From positions 512,001 to 576,000 of the forward strand of contig CAWBNQ010000001.1 of NCBI GenBank assembly GCA_963790205.1: a DNA stretch of 64,000 nt. Direction: 5' to 3'. The notes under the pieces are model-generated. The model saw only the letters and a list, made by a program, of their open reading frames with translations. It did no database searches and was not told the DNA's origin. Below are positions 1 through 9,982 of the stretch, one piece after another. Origin of the DNA: Nitrospirota bacterium. Its GTDB lineage: Bacteria; Nitrospirota; UBA9217. Positions within the stretch are counted from its first letter, which is position 1, and the number at the start of each line of letters is the position of its first letter. Both the position numbers and the translations under genes were made by a program.

Positions 1-3000
1 CCGGCGCTCTCCGCCTATCAGACCGCCGGCCTGCTCGCCCTTGCGCAGAAAACCGTCTCTCCCGCGATCAGCGGGATCGAGACCGAATTCTGTTTCAATG
101 TCGCCGCCGACGGCCCGCTGACCCCGGACGAGACGCGCCTGCTCCGCTGGCTCCTGGCCGAGACCTTCGAGCCGAAGCAGTTCTCGGAATCTTCGTTCCT
201 CACTCCGAACTCCGAACTCTCAACTCCGAACTTGGTACTCGAGGTCGGTCCCCGCATGAACTTCACCACCGCCTGGTCCACCAACGCGGTGTCGGTCTGC
301 CACGCCTGCGGCCTGAAAAAGATCTCCCGGATCGAGCGCTCCCGCAGATATTGCCTGGAGCTTGACAATAACAACGCGTTGCGCGATGAACAACGAGCCG
401 CCTTTCTCTCGCTCGTTCACGATCGCATGACCGAATGCCCGTACCCCGCGCCGCTGACGACCTTCGAGACCGGAACCAGGCCTGAGCCCGTGCGCATCAT
501 CCCTCTTCTGGAAGAGGGCAGGGCCGCGCTCGAAACGATCAACCGCGAAATGGGGCTGGGGCTCGATGACTGGGACCTGGACTATTATACGAACCTCTTT
601 GTCGGGGAGATCAAACGAAATCCCACGAACGTGGAGTGCTTTGACCTGTCGCAGTCGAACAGCGAGCACTCGCGCCACTGGTTCTTCCGCGGCAGGCTCG
701 TCGTTGACGGGAAGGAAACTCCCGGGACCCTGATGAAGATCGTGAAGGACACCTGGGAAGCGAACAAGAACAACAGCGTCATAGCCTTCAGCGACAACTC
801 GAGCGCGATCGCCGGATACGGCATCACCACGATCATCCCCGAGGCGGTCGGCAAACCATCGGCCTTTAAAGAAACAAAGCGAAAATACCATATCATCCTG
901 ACGGCGGAGACGCACAACTTCCCCTCGGGCGTGGCGCCCTTCCCCGGAGCCGAGACGGGCACCGGCGGCCGCATCCGCGACGTGCAGGCGACCGGCACCG
1001 GGGGCCTCGTTGTCGCCGGCACCGCCGCCTACTGCGTGGGCAATCTTCGCATCCCCGGCTACGAACTTCCCTGGGAAGACGCGTCATATTCATATCCGAA
1101 TAATCTCGCCCCGCCGCTTTCGATCGAGGTCGAGGCGAGCAACGGCGCGTCCGACTACGGCAACAAGTTCGGCGAGCCGGTGATCCAGGGCTTCACCCGC
1201 TCCTTCGGCTTGAGAACCCCGGACGGCGAGCGGCGCGAGTGGCTCAAGCCCATCATGTTCTCCGCCGGCATCGGCCAGATGGACTCTCGCCACACTGAGA
1301 AGACCGAAGCGCAGAAGGGGATGCTCGTGGTCAAGATCGGCGGTCCCGCATACCGTATCGGCATGGGCGGAGGCGCTGCCAGTTCCATGATCCAGGGCGA
1401 GAACATCGCGGAGCTCGACTTCAACGCGGTGCAGCGCGGCGACGCGGAGATGGAACAGAAGATGAACCGCGTGATCCGCGCCTGCGTGGAGTTCGGGGAA
1501 ATGAACCCCATCCAGAGCATCCACGACCAGGGCGCCGGCGGCAACTGCAACGTCGTCAAAGAGATCGTGCACCCCGCGGGAGCCAAGATAGAGATTCGCA
1601 AGGTCCAGGTCGGGGACAACACGCTGTCCGTGCTCGAGATCTGGGGCGCCGAATATCAGGAGCAGAACGCTCTTCTTTTGAAACCGGAACACGAACAGTT
1701 GTTCCGCTCGCTCTGCCTTCGCGAGAAGGTCCCCATGGCCGTGATCGGCACGGTGACCGGCGACGGCTTCATCGTGCTCTATGATGAGATCGACAACTCG
1801 ACGCCGGAGAACCTCGAGCTCGCCAAGGTCCTGGGCGACATGCCGCAGAAGGTGTTCAGGCTCGACCGGAAAAAACCGGCGCTCAAACCGCTCGTGCTTC
1901 CGAAGGACCTCACCGTACGCAAAGCGCTCGACCGCGTGCTGAGGCTCCTTTCCGTCGGCTCCAAGCGCTTCCTCACGAACAAGGTTGACCGTTCGGTCAC
2001 GGGCCTGATCGCGCGCCAGCAGTGCGCGGGCCCGCTCCAGCTCACGGTCTCCGACGTTGCCGTGATCGCCCAATCGCACTTCGGCCTGACCGGCGCCGCG
2101 CTCTCGATCGGCGAGCAGCCGGTCAAAGAATTGATCGACCCCGCTGCCATGGCCCGGATGAGCGTGGGCGAAGCCCTCACCAACATCGTCTGGGCGAAAG
2201 TCAGCGGCCTCGGAGACATCCGCTGCTCTGCAAACTGGATGTGGGCGCCGAAGCTTCCAGGCGAAGGCAGCCGGCTCTATGACGCAGCCGTTGCCATGCG
2301 CGACGTGATGATCGAGTTCGGCATGGCCGTTGACGGCGGCAAGGACAGCCTGTCCATGGCTACGCGGGTCACCAACCCCGACGGCACGAGCGAGACCGTC
2401 AAGTCGCCGGGTACGCTCGTGATCTCCGCCTACGTCACGTGCCCCGACATCACCAAGACCGTTACGCCGGACTTCAAGGCGCCGGGCAAGAGCAAACTCC
2501 TGTATATCGACCTGGCAGGGAACAGAAGCCGCCTCGGCGGCTCCGCGCTCGCGCAGGTCTTCGGCCAGGTCGGCGACAGCTCGCCGGACCTGGACGATCC
2601 GCAGCTTCTGACCAGGACGTTTAATGCCGTGCAGCGTCTTGTTGACGACGAACTGGTCCTTGCAGGCCATGACCGCTCCGATGGCGGACTTATCACGACC
2701 CTGCTCGAAATGGCCTTTGCCGGGAACTGCGGCATTACCATCGACCTAGGCATGCAAAAAAAGGAAGATGCGATAGCGCCCCTGTTCTCCGAAGAGCTCG
2801 GACTCGTGATCGAATATCTCCCCACGGAAGAGACAAAGATCTTCGCTGCTCTGGATAATGCCGCGGTACCGTATCAGGTAATCGGAAAAACAACGCAAGA
2901 AAAAAGAATTGTCATTTCGCTCCAAACTCCGAACTCCCAACTCCTAACGGTTCTTGATGAAGATATGAGAGAGCTCCGGGACATCTGGGAAGAGACAAGC

Positions 3001-3936
3001 CATCAGCTCGACCTGATGCAGCGTAACCCCGAGAACATCCGCGAAGAGCGCAAGAACATTTACGACCGCAAGGGCCCGTCCTTTGTCATTCCCTTCACGC
3101 CGAAGCAAACGGCTGAGGACTGCTTCTGCAGTACCTCGAAGCCAAAGGTCGCTGTTATCCGGGAAGAGGGGAGCAATGGAGACCGGGAAATGGTCTCGGC
3201 ATTCTTCCTTGCAGGCTTCGAGCCCTGGGACGTGACCGTAACCGATTTGCTCGAAGGCCGCATCACGCTCGAGCGGTTCCGCGGCATTGTGTTCGTCGGG
3301 GGGTTCAGCTACGCGGACGTGCTTGACTCGGCAAAAGGCTGGGCCGCGTCGATCCGGTTCAATAAAAAGGTCTGGGACCAGTTCGAAAAATTCTATCACC
3401 GGCCCGACACCTTCAGCCTCGGCGTATGCAACGGCTGCCAGCTCATGGCGCTTTTGGGCTGGGTCCCGTGGCGCGGGATTGCCGACGAGCTCCAGCCCCG
3501 CTTTATTCATAATAAATCGGGCCGCTTCGAATCGCGCTTCTCGACCGTGAAGATCTTAAAGAGCCCCTCGATCATGCTGAATGGCATGGAAAACTCCGTG
3601 CTCGGCATCTGGGTCGCCCACGGCGAGGGCCTGGCCTATTTCCCGGACAAAAAAATGTTCAATGAGTGCGAACACGGACTCGCGCCTGTTCGTTTTGTCG
3701 ATGACGACTCAAAGATCACCGAGGCCTATCCTTTCAATCCGAATGGTTCGCCCGCCGGCATTGCAGGGCTCTGCTCGCCCGACGGGCGGCACCTTGCAAT
3801 GATGCCCCACCCCGAACGCACGGTCCTCACCTGGCAGTGGGGCTGGCTCCCCGAAGACCTCAAGAAATCCCTCGACGCGTCTCCCTGGCTCCGGATGTTC
3901 CAGAACGCACGGGAGTGGTGCGAGAAGAACAAGTAA
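1..3936 (+). CDS. purL: Phosphoribosylformylglycinamidine synthase, large fused type (5' end outside window)
   Basis: Frame is open from base 1 (PALSAYQ...). Motifs EVGPRMNFTTAWSTNA, QSNSEHSRH, AETHNFP, GGKDSLSM; C-terminal glutaminase LGVCNGCQ ... MMPHPER. Confidence 0.97.
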   Translation, partial: PALSAYQTAGLLALAQKTVSPAISGIETEFCFNVAADGPLTPDETRLLRWLLAETFEPKQFSESSFLTPNSELSTPNLVLEVGPRMNFTTAWSTNAVSVCHACGLKKISRIERSRRYCLELDNNNALRDEQRAAFLSLVHDRMTECPYPAPLTTFETGTRPEPVRIIPLLEEGRAALETINREMGLGLDDWDLDYYTNLFVGEIKRNPTNVECFDLSQSNSEHSRHWFFRGRLVVDGKETPGTLMKIVKDTWEANKNNSVIAFSDNSSAIAGYGITTIIPEAVGKPSAFKETKRKYHIILTAETHNFPSGVAPFPGAETGTGGRIRDVQATGTGGLVVAGTAAYCVGNLRIPGYELPWEDASYSYPNNLAPPLSIEVEASNGASDYGNKFGEPVIQGFTRSFGLRTPDGERREWLKPIMFSAGIGQMDSRHTEKTEAQKGMLVVKIGGPAYRIGMGGGAASSMIQGENIAELDFNAVQRGDAEMEQKMNRVIRACVEFGEMNPIQSIHDQGAGGNCNVVKEIVHPAGAKIEIRKVQVGDNTLSVLEIWGAEYQEQNALLLKPEHEQLFRSLCLREKVPMAVIGTVTGDGFIVLYDEIDNSTPENLELAKVLGDMPQKVFRLDRKKPALKPLVLPKDLTVRKALDRVLRLLSVGSKRFLTNKVDRSVTGLIARQQCAGPLQLTVSDVAVIAQSHFGLTGAALSIGEQPVKELIDPAAMARMSVGEALTNIVWAKVSGLGDIRCSANWMWAPKLPGEGSRLYDAAVAMRDVMIEFGMAVDGGKDSLSMATRVTNPDGTSETVKSPGTLVISAYVTCPDITKTVTPDFKAPGKSKLLYIDLAGNRSRLGGSALAQVFGQVGDSSPDLDDPQLLTRTFNAVQRLVDDELVLAGHDRSDGGLITTLLEMAFAGNCGITIDLGMQKKEDAIAPLFSEELGLVIEYLPTEETKIFAALDNAAVPYQVIGKTTQEKRIVISLQTPNSQLLTVLDEDMRELRDIWEETSHQLDLMQRNPENIREERKNIYDRKGPSFVIPFTPKQTAEDCFCSTSKPKVAVIREEGSNGDREMVSAFFLAGFEPWDVTVTDLLEGRITLERFRGIVFVGGFSYADVLDSAKGWAASIRFNKKVWDQFEKFYHRPDTFSLGVCNGCQLMALLGWVPWRGIADELQPRFIHNKSGRFESRFSTVKILKSPSIMLNGMENSVLGIWVAHGEGLAYFPDKKMFNECEHGLAPVRFVDDDSKITEAYPFNPNGSPAGIAGLCSPDGRHLAMMPHPERTVLTWQWGWLPEDLKKSLDASPWLRMFQNAREWCEKNK

Positions 3937-4279
3937 CCTCAAGTTTGCGCTCTTTGCCCCGGAATATTTGTTGTCCGGCATCATCGGACCCGTCGCTTCA
4001 AACCTGCCTCTCGATATCTTCCTGATGCAAATCGACGTCTACACTCTGGATGCGGAACAGATCGGGCTCAATATCTTCCATGATCCGTTCTAGCAGCCTT
4101 CTCCCGAACTGGTCGCCGTGGCCCGAAAGGCGGCTGCCTGCATCAGTGAAGTTGCGGGGATTATCGGTGCTCCCAAGATTGCTTCCCGCAGCTTACCATG
4201 TGATAGGATTTACGGATCTTCCCGGTTTTGTGCGGGTAGTTTTTCATACTTATCGATTTTTTTGCATATCCCCTTCGCA

Positions 4280-4684
4280 GCCTGAATGAAATTTTTGACC
4301 CGTCTAAGGCCACGTCCGCTCGCCCGCGCAAACTCGGCCTGCGGCCTCGGACATGCGCGTTCGCCCGCTGGGGACGCTCCCTTAGGCCAAGAGGGTGCCC
4401 AAAAATTTCATAGGGCCACTCCGGGGACATGCGGGGGTTGGGGTAGAACAAAAGCCTTTTAGACCCATTGTCGTACCATCTCGCTGAAAATCGCGTGATG
4501 GGAATCAAGGGTCCCATACGAAAATTTCAGGCAGGCGACCAAGTCCGAGGGTGAAGCATTTCGGATGTCCGAAGCCCGCAGGGCAAGCCCGCGGCCAGCG
4601 GTTATGAGTGCTCGGCGCGAATGCAGGCTGTTTCCGAAATGTACCGAGGACGACCGAGCATGCCGGTAAAAAATTTTCGCCGGG
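4280..4684. repeat. MITE-like structured element with nested inverted repeats
   Basis: Imperfect terminal IRs (GAAATTTTTGACCCG / CCGGTAAAAAATTTTC) and internal inverted arms (GCCTGCGGCCTCGGACATG ~4337 vs GATGTCCGAAGCCCGCAGGGC ~4564). No credible ORF. Confidence 0.5.
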
Positions 4685-5556
4685 TGCCCTACGGCGGTCA
4701 CTACGGCGACTGCGGCGACTACCACGGCTGGCTCGTTGGCGTCCCGATCGCGAACCCGGGCGCACCGAGAGCCTGGGCTACGGGCGCTACGGGCGGCGGG
4801 ATCTGGGCGCCGAGCGGCGCAGCATCGGAAGGCGGCTCGCTATTCATAGCAACCGGCAACACATTCAGAGCGATGAACTGGGCCGGCGGTGAGGCGCTGC
4901 TGCACTTCAGTATTGGGCCCGTTTTCAGCAACAGAACGAGCGACTACTTCACCCCAAGCAACTGGCGAATGCTCGACTTGTGGGACATTGACCTGGGCGG
5001 AACGGGCCCAATAATTCTGGACGTTCCCGGCGCAACTCCCTCGAAGCTCCTTGTCGGTCTCGGAAAGGACGGCAAGATATATCTCGTCAACCGGGACGAT
5101 CTGGGCGGTGTGGGTAAAGATGTCACAGCCGTAAAGGTGGCGAAAAACAGTATCATCAACGCTGCTGCAGCGTACACAACCACACGGGGCACCTACGTCG
5201 TCTTCAAAGGGAACGGCAGCAACTGCCCGCCCGGACAGGCGGGTGACCTCACGGCCGTACGCATCACACCGGGCGCGCCGCCGAGGGTGGAAACAGCCTG
5301 GTGCGCACAACAACATGGCGAGGGATCTCCCATGGTTACCACCACCGACGGGCACAATGAGGCCATCGTTTGGAGTGTCGGCGCCGAGGATGACAATCGC
5401 CTTCACGGTTTCGACGGGGACACCGGACAGATCGTCTATGCGGGCGGCGGTCCGGGAGACGTGATCGGCTCGGTCCGGCGTTTTCACACGCCTATCCTCG
5501 CTGGCAGTCGTATCTACATAGCGGCTGACGGCGTTGTGAAGGCCTTTGTGAGGTAG
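4684..5556 (+). pseudogene. 5'-truncated PQQ-like beta-propeller protein
   Basis: VPYGGHYGDCGDYHGW, GGIWAPSG, DYFTPSNW..LD..DIDLG and GKDGKIYLVNRDDLGG resemble the C-terminal part of PQQ-like propeller proteins. The apparent N-terminus is repeat-element sequence. Confidence 0.6.
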
Positions 5557-5711
5557 CTGCGAAATGCATCAAAAACGTCCCCTCGTTTTCTCGTCGCTTC
5601 TCTGTCGCCCTATCGCCTCTCCCTCACCCTGTCCGCACTTTCCCCACTCCCCATTTCTTACTTCTTAATTCTAACTTCTAACTTGCAGTAAAAAATGCCC
5701 CATCGACATTC

Positions 5712-5739
5712 TTGACAACGTATTACATGCGCGTATAAT
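5712..5739 (+). promoter_or_regulatory. sigma70-type promoter
   Basis: TTGACA-N16-TATAAT. Confidence 0.55.
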
Positions 5740-5930
5740 CATGATACTTGCGACGATAGCTCGCCTTTATCCACGGTAGATTCTCGGCAAAATTTTCTTT
5801 TCAAAATAAGTAAAGCAAGCATAGAAACAACGAAAGTTTCCACGGATTTGTAGCCGGTGGTAGTCTCCTCTTCATTGGCCGGCGTCGAGCTGACGTGCTT
5901 TTGTCTTGAGAGCGTATTGCCGAGAATATA

Positions 5931-7531
5931 CGGGCTGTTGCCCAAATGATATTGAGAAAGCCACTCAGTAATGCTATATTGCTGCGACGTCAATCACGAC
6001 ATCAGGAGCCAATAGCCATGATGGGATTGCAGCAACCGCCTCAAAGCAGCTTGTTCTATATCGGCATCAATATAGAAAAACGGGTTCGTGAGAACCATCC
6101 TTTGAGAAAAGTCAATACGCTGATCGATTTCAACTTCGCCTATGACGAAGTCAAGGACTTGTACGGCAACAACGGCAACGTTTCAGTGCCACCACCAATT
6201 ATCCTGAAACTGATGCTACTCCTGATCTTTTATAATGTCCGCTCGGAGCGGGAGCTGATGGACACCCTGCCAGAGCGTATGGATTGGCTCTGGTTTCTCG
6301 GGTATGACCTTGATTCTGAAATTCCCAACCATAGCGTGCTATCCAAGGCCCGCAAAAAATGGGGCCTCGATGTTTTTCAAAGGTTCTTCGAACGTATTGT
6401 TCTGCAGTGCGCGGAAGCCGGTCTTATTGACGGCCGCAAGATCTTCGTCGACTCCAGTCTGGTGGATGCAAATGCCTCCAACAGTTCGGTTCTCGATACC
6501 CGGAACCTGAAACATCAGTTGCACAAAAATTATAAAAAGCTGGAAGCCCGCTTGGAAGAACGCACCGAAAGCACTGATCCTTCCAGGACCTACGAAAAAA
6601 AGAACAACCGCTATATCTCCACCACCGACCCGGACGCGGCCCTGGTGAACCGGGGGAAATCCAAACTTTCCTACCAAGTGCATCGGGCCGTTGACGGTAA
6701 AAAAGAAATCATCACTGCAACCGACGTAGCGCCCGGCGATGTGAACGAAGCCCATCTGATGCTTTCGCTGCTTGAGCAACACCACGCAACAACGGAAGTC
6801 GAGGCCGAAACGGTTGTTGCGGACAGTAAGTACGGAACGATCGACAACTTCCTTGCCTGCCATGACAAGGGCATAAAGGCGCATATCCCGGATTTACGAG
6901 ACGTGGCGATCAATCGCATAGCGAAAACCGACATCTTTATGGAAGATAGATTTTCCTATGATCCTGCCACCGACTCCTATATGTGCCCGGCAGGAACTCA
7001 GCTCAAGCCGAAGTCGCTGCATATAGCCAGACAAAGCCGGGATTACGCAGCGCCCAGGAAAGTCTGCGCAGCGTGCCAGCTTAGAGAGCAATGCACGAAA
7101 AACAAGTCCGGCCGAACGATCAAGCGTCATCTCCGGCAGAATGTTCTGGAGCGCATGCGTGCAATCAGTCGATCAGCCAATGCACGGTACGACATCAAAA
7201 CCAGACAACACCTGATGGAGCGATCCTTTGCCAGGGGCACCCGATACGGCTTCGATCAAGCACGCTGGCGAGGCCTTTGGCGAATGCGGGTCCAGGAATA
7301 TATGACCTGTGCCATCCAGAACATGCAAGTGCTAATAGCGCATGCTTCCAAGCCGAAGAAAGCAGCTGCGGTACGGCTGCTCGTTGTTCAAAGAACAGTG
7401 GCAAAGGCTTTCGGATCGCTCATTTTGCATATTCCCTTGAGACAGAACCGATATTGCCCGTCATTAGCTTAGACCTCTTTACGCATCAAGGCGCTTGATC
7501 GTTCGCGGGAAGTCCTTTGGGCAACAGCCCG
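5931..7531 (+). mobile_element. IS1182-family element, copy 1 (1601 bp)
   Basis: Terminal IRs CGGGCTGTTGCCCAAA / TTTGGGCAACAGCCCG; 4-bp target duplication TATA; near-identical inverted copy at 31331-32931. Confidence 0.95.
6018..7472 (+). CDS. IS1182-family DDE transposase
   Basis: NHPLRKV, RSERELM, PNHSVLSKAR, FVDSSLVDANAS, VVADSKYG, CPAG...C..C..REQC; RBS AGGAG upstream. Confidence 0.93.
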   Translation: MMGLQQPPQSSLFYIGINIEKRVRENHPLRKVNTLIDFNFAYDEVKDLYGNNGNVSVPPPIILKLMLLLIFYNVRSERELMDTLPERMDWLWFLGYDLDSEIPNHSVLSKARKKWGLDVFQRFFERIVLQCAEAGLIDGRKIFVDSSLVDANASNSSVLDTRNLKHQLHKNYKKLEARLEERTESTDPSRTYEKKNNRYISTTDPDAALVNRGKSKLSYQVHRAVDGKKEIITATDVAPGDVNEAHLMLSLLEQHHATTEVEAETVVADSKYGTIDNFLACHDKGIKAHIPDLRDVAINRIAKTDIFMEDRFSYDPATDSYMCPAGTQLKPKSLHIARQSRDYAAPRKVCAACQLREQCTKNKSGRTIKRHLRQNVLERMRAISRSANARYDIKTRQHLMERSFARGTRYGFDQARWRGLWRMRVQEYMTCAIQNMQVLIAHASKPKKAAAVRLLVVQRTVAKAFGSLILHIPLRQNRYCPSLA

Positions 7532-7554
7532 TATAAACATTACCTGAAATACCC

Positions 7555-7582
7555 TTGACAAAAAAGCCCTGTGTACTATAAT
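7555..7582 (+). promoter_or_regulatory. sigma70-type promoter of the MNT-HEPN pair
   Basis: TTGACA-N16-TATAAT ending 33 bp upstream of the ATG. Confidence 0.6.
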
Positions 7583-7615
7583 CCCTTAAAAGTCAGCCGT
7601 GTTTGAGGTTTCCCG

Positions 7616-7963
7616 ATGAAGCTCGTAACGATACAGGAAAGAGAAAAATCGCTCAAAGACGAGCTCGCGCGCATTGTCGAGGTCATCAAGAACGAATACG
7701 CGCCGGAGAAGATCGTCCTTTTCGGCTCCCTTGCAGCCGATCATGTTCACGAGTGGAGCGATATCGACCTGCTCATCATCAAACGGACCGACAAGCGCCC
7801 GATCGAGAGGACCATGGAGGTCGTAAACCTCATCCGGCCGAAGATCGGCATCGACCTGTTCATCTATACCCCGGAGGAATACGACCTCCTTCTCAAGGAA
7901 CGCTACGCGTTCATCTTAAACGTGCTGAAAACCGGAAAAACGGTGTATGAGAAAAGAAGCTGA
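7616..7963 (+). CDS. Minimal nucleotidyltransferase (MNT) antitoxin
   Basis: IVLFGSLA...WSDIDLLII (GS..DxD motif); overlaps the HEPN gene. Confidence 0.9.
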   Translation: MKLVTIQEREKSLKDELARIVEVIKNEYAPEKIVLFGSLAADHVHEWSDIDLLIIKRTDKRPIERTMEVVNLIRPKIGIDLFIYTPEEYDLLLKERYAFILNVLKTGKTVYEKRS

Positions 7964-8336
7964 GGCGTGGCTGAAGATATCCGCCGAGGACCTGCAATCA
8001 GCGGAGGTCCTTTTCGAGCGCAGGCTCTTCAGGATGGCCTGCTATCACGCCCAGCAGTCAGTCGAAAAAATCCTCAAAGCCCTTCTCGCCGACCACGAAG
8101 TCGATGTTCCCAGGACGCACAATATTCTGGACCTCAATAACGCAATAAAAAAGCTCGGGCACTCCGCGCTCATCGCCGACGAGGACGCTGTTTTCCTGAA
8201 CAGCATTTACCGTGCGCGCTATCCGTCCGAAGCGGGTCTTTTGCCTTTGGGAGAGCCGTTAGAAAAGGATGCCGAGCAGGCCCTCAAGATCGCGAGGGAC
8301 ACGGCAAATCGGATGAACAGGACCGACAGGAAGTAA
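7947..8336 (+). CDS. HEPN-domain protein (MNT-HEPN toxin-antitoxin partner)
   Basis: ACYHAQQSVEKILKALL, PRTHNI, RARYP. Confidence 0.9.
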   Translation: MRKEAEAWLKISAEDLQSAEVLFERRLFRMACYHAQQSVEKILKALLADHEVDVPRTHNILDLNNAIKKLGHSALIADEDAVFLNSIYRARYPSEAGLLPLGEPLEKDAEQALKIARDTANRMNRTDRK

Positions 8337-8429
8337 ACGCGATCAAGCGGAGCATGTCAAAACCAAAAGTCTGACCAGCTATGACTCATTGCTTTGTGGT
8401 CGTAGAACCTGCCATCTGGAGCCGAGTTT

Positions 8430-8984
8430 ATGCCGCCGGCATATGTAAAAACGATCCGCGAAGAGATCCTCTATGAGTATGCCAAGCTGATCTCTCGTTC
8501 GGCTCATGGATCGATCCAGTACGGCTTTGTGACCGATCGTTTCAAGAAGCTGCGGGACGGGCAGGCGACGATCTCGGGCACGATCCGTGAATGGGAGCGG
8601 GAGCAGCAACTGCCGCATCAATGCGTGTTCTGCGGCTCTTCGGAAAATCTTTCCACCGATCACGTGATTCCCCGTAACAGGGGCGGCGACGATTCTGCGG
8701 ATAACCTGGTCCAGTCATGCAAGACCTGCAATTCGTCACGCGGGGACAAAGGCGTGTTCGAGTGGCTGGGGCTCAAGGAGAAAGACAAGCTCCATCGTCT
8801 TGTGGCGGGAAAATATCTGAAGCAGCTCCTGAAAATTCATGAGCAGGAGAAGACGATCGATATCAGCGTGGATCAACTGATGCAATTGTGCGGAAGGTGT
8901 CCGCTGCCGGAAGTTTGTAAGAAATGGAAGAAGGTCGGCGAGCTGACGTGCTTTTGTCTTGAAAGTGTTTTGGTGAAGGGGTAG
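8430..8984 (+). CDS. HNH endonuclease
   Basis: CVFCG...DHVIPRNRGG...NLVQSCKTCNSSRG, plus a Cys-rich C-terminus. Confidence 0.85.
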   Translation: MPPAYVKTIREEILYEYAKLISRSAHGSIQYGFVTDRFKKLRDGQATISGTIREWEREQQLPHQCVFCGSSENLSTDHVIPRNRGGDDSADNLVQSCKTCNSSRGDKGVFEWLGLKEKDKLHRLVAGKYLKQLLKIHEQEKTIDISVDQLMQLCGRCPLPEVCKKWKKVGELTCFCLESVLVKG

Positions 8985-9982
8985 GGCCGACATGGAGAAG
9001 ATAAAGCATCTCACCTATCAACGTCCCCGAGGCGGTGTTGGAAACAATGTCTCCAAACCCACACTTTCAAAAATGAGACATTAAATGAGCAAACTTGATC
9101 TTACTAAAATTGCAGAAACTGTTTTATCCCAACAGCAGATTGAAAGGAAAATTACAGAGTACAAGGTATTCTATAAGACATACTTGACGACAGTCAAGAA
9201 TCGCGAAGAAGTTCTTAATAAGCTATACCGTCTTTGCACTGATTTTCAAAGAACAAAGCCAACTGGTGCTTTTTCAGTCAAATCCGAGACGGCTGCGTTA
9301 GAGCGAGAGGCGGAAAAAACACTTAAAGAACACTTCAACCCTGCTGTTTTGAAATTCTATCACAAAGAAATACCAATGCCAGATATAAAACGCAAGCTTC
9401 CCGATTTTGATGAATCATTCTGGCCTGCATTACTCAGTTCACTTGCCATCACTTTTGAGAACATGAACGAGCAGTCCAAGCGAGAATGGGCATACAAGAC
9501 AAATTTCCTAATATATCTTTGCAACTGCTTATCTCATCACGGGCTTCATCCTGATATTCTTCGCAGAGATCCACGTAACTATAAGAGATATAATTTTCTT
9601 TTGGAACATTACTTTAAATCTAGAATTAAAATTGCTGAGCAGAAGATACTGTTAAAGCCAATGGATTTACAGCAGGAATTTTTAAACCCTTACGAAAAGA
9701 AACTGCCGATAAAAATTCGTGGCAAATTAATTCCATTTAAGAGTATATATTCCATTAAAATAACTTCCACTCTTTTATTTGACGACGAAATAGAGCTATA
9801 TGCAGCAAAGAATCAATTCACCTGGAATAGTCGGACAAAAGACGAATTAAGTTTTATTCAGTTTTGTCAAGACGAAACGGATAATTTACTCAAGAACCCA
9901 TACTTGCTTGATGATAAAAGCATAGAAAAGTTCCGAAATAATAATGCATATTTCGTTCACCCGAGAAGAATTAAAGAGCTCC

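Noticed and set aside
3940..4160. Short minus-strand coding-like remnant after purL
   Set aside because: No start codon or recognisable family.
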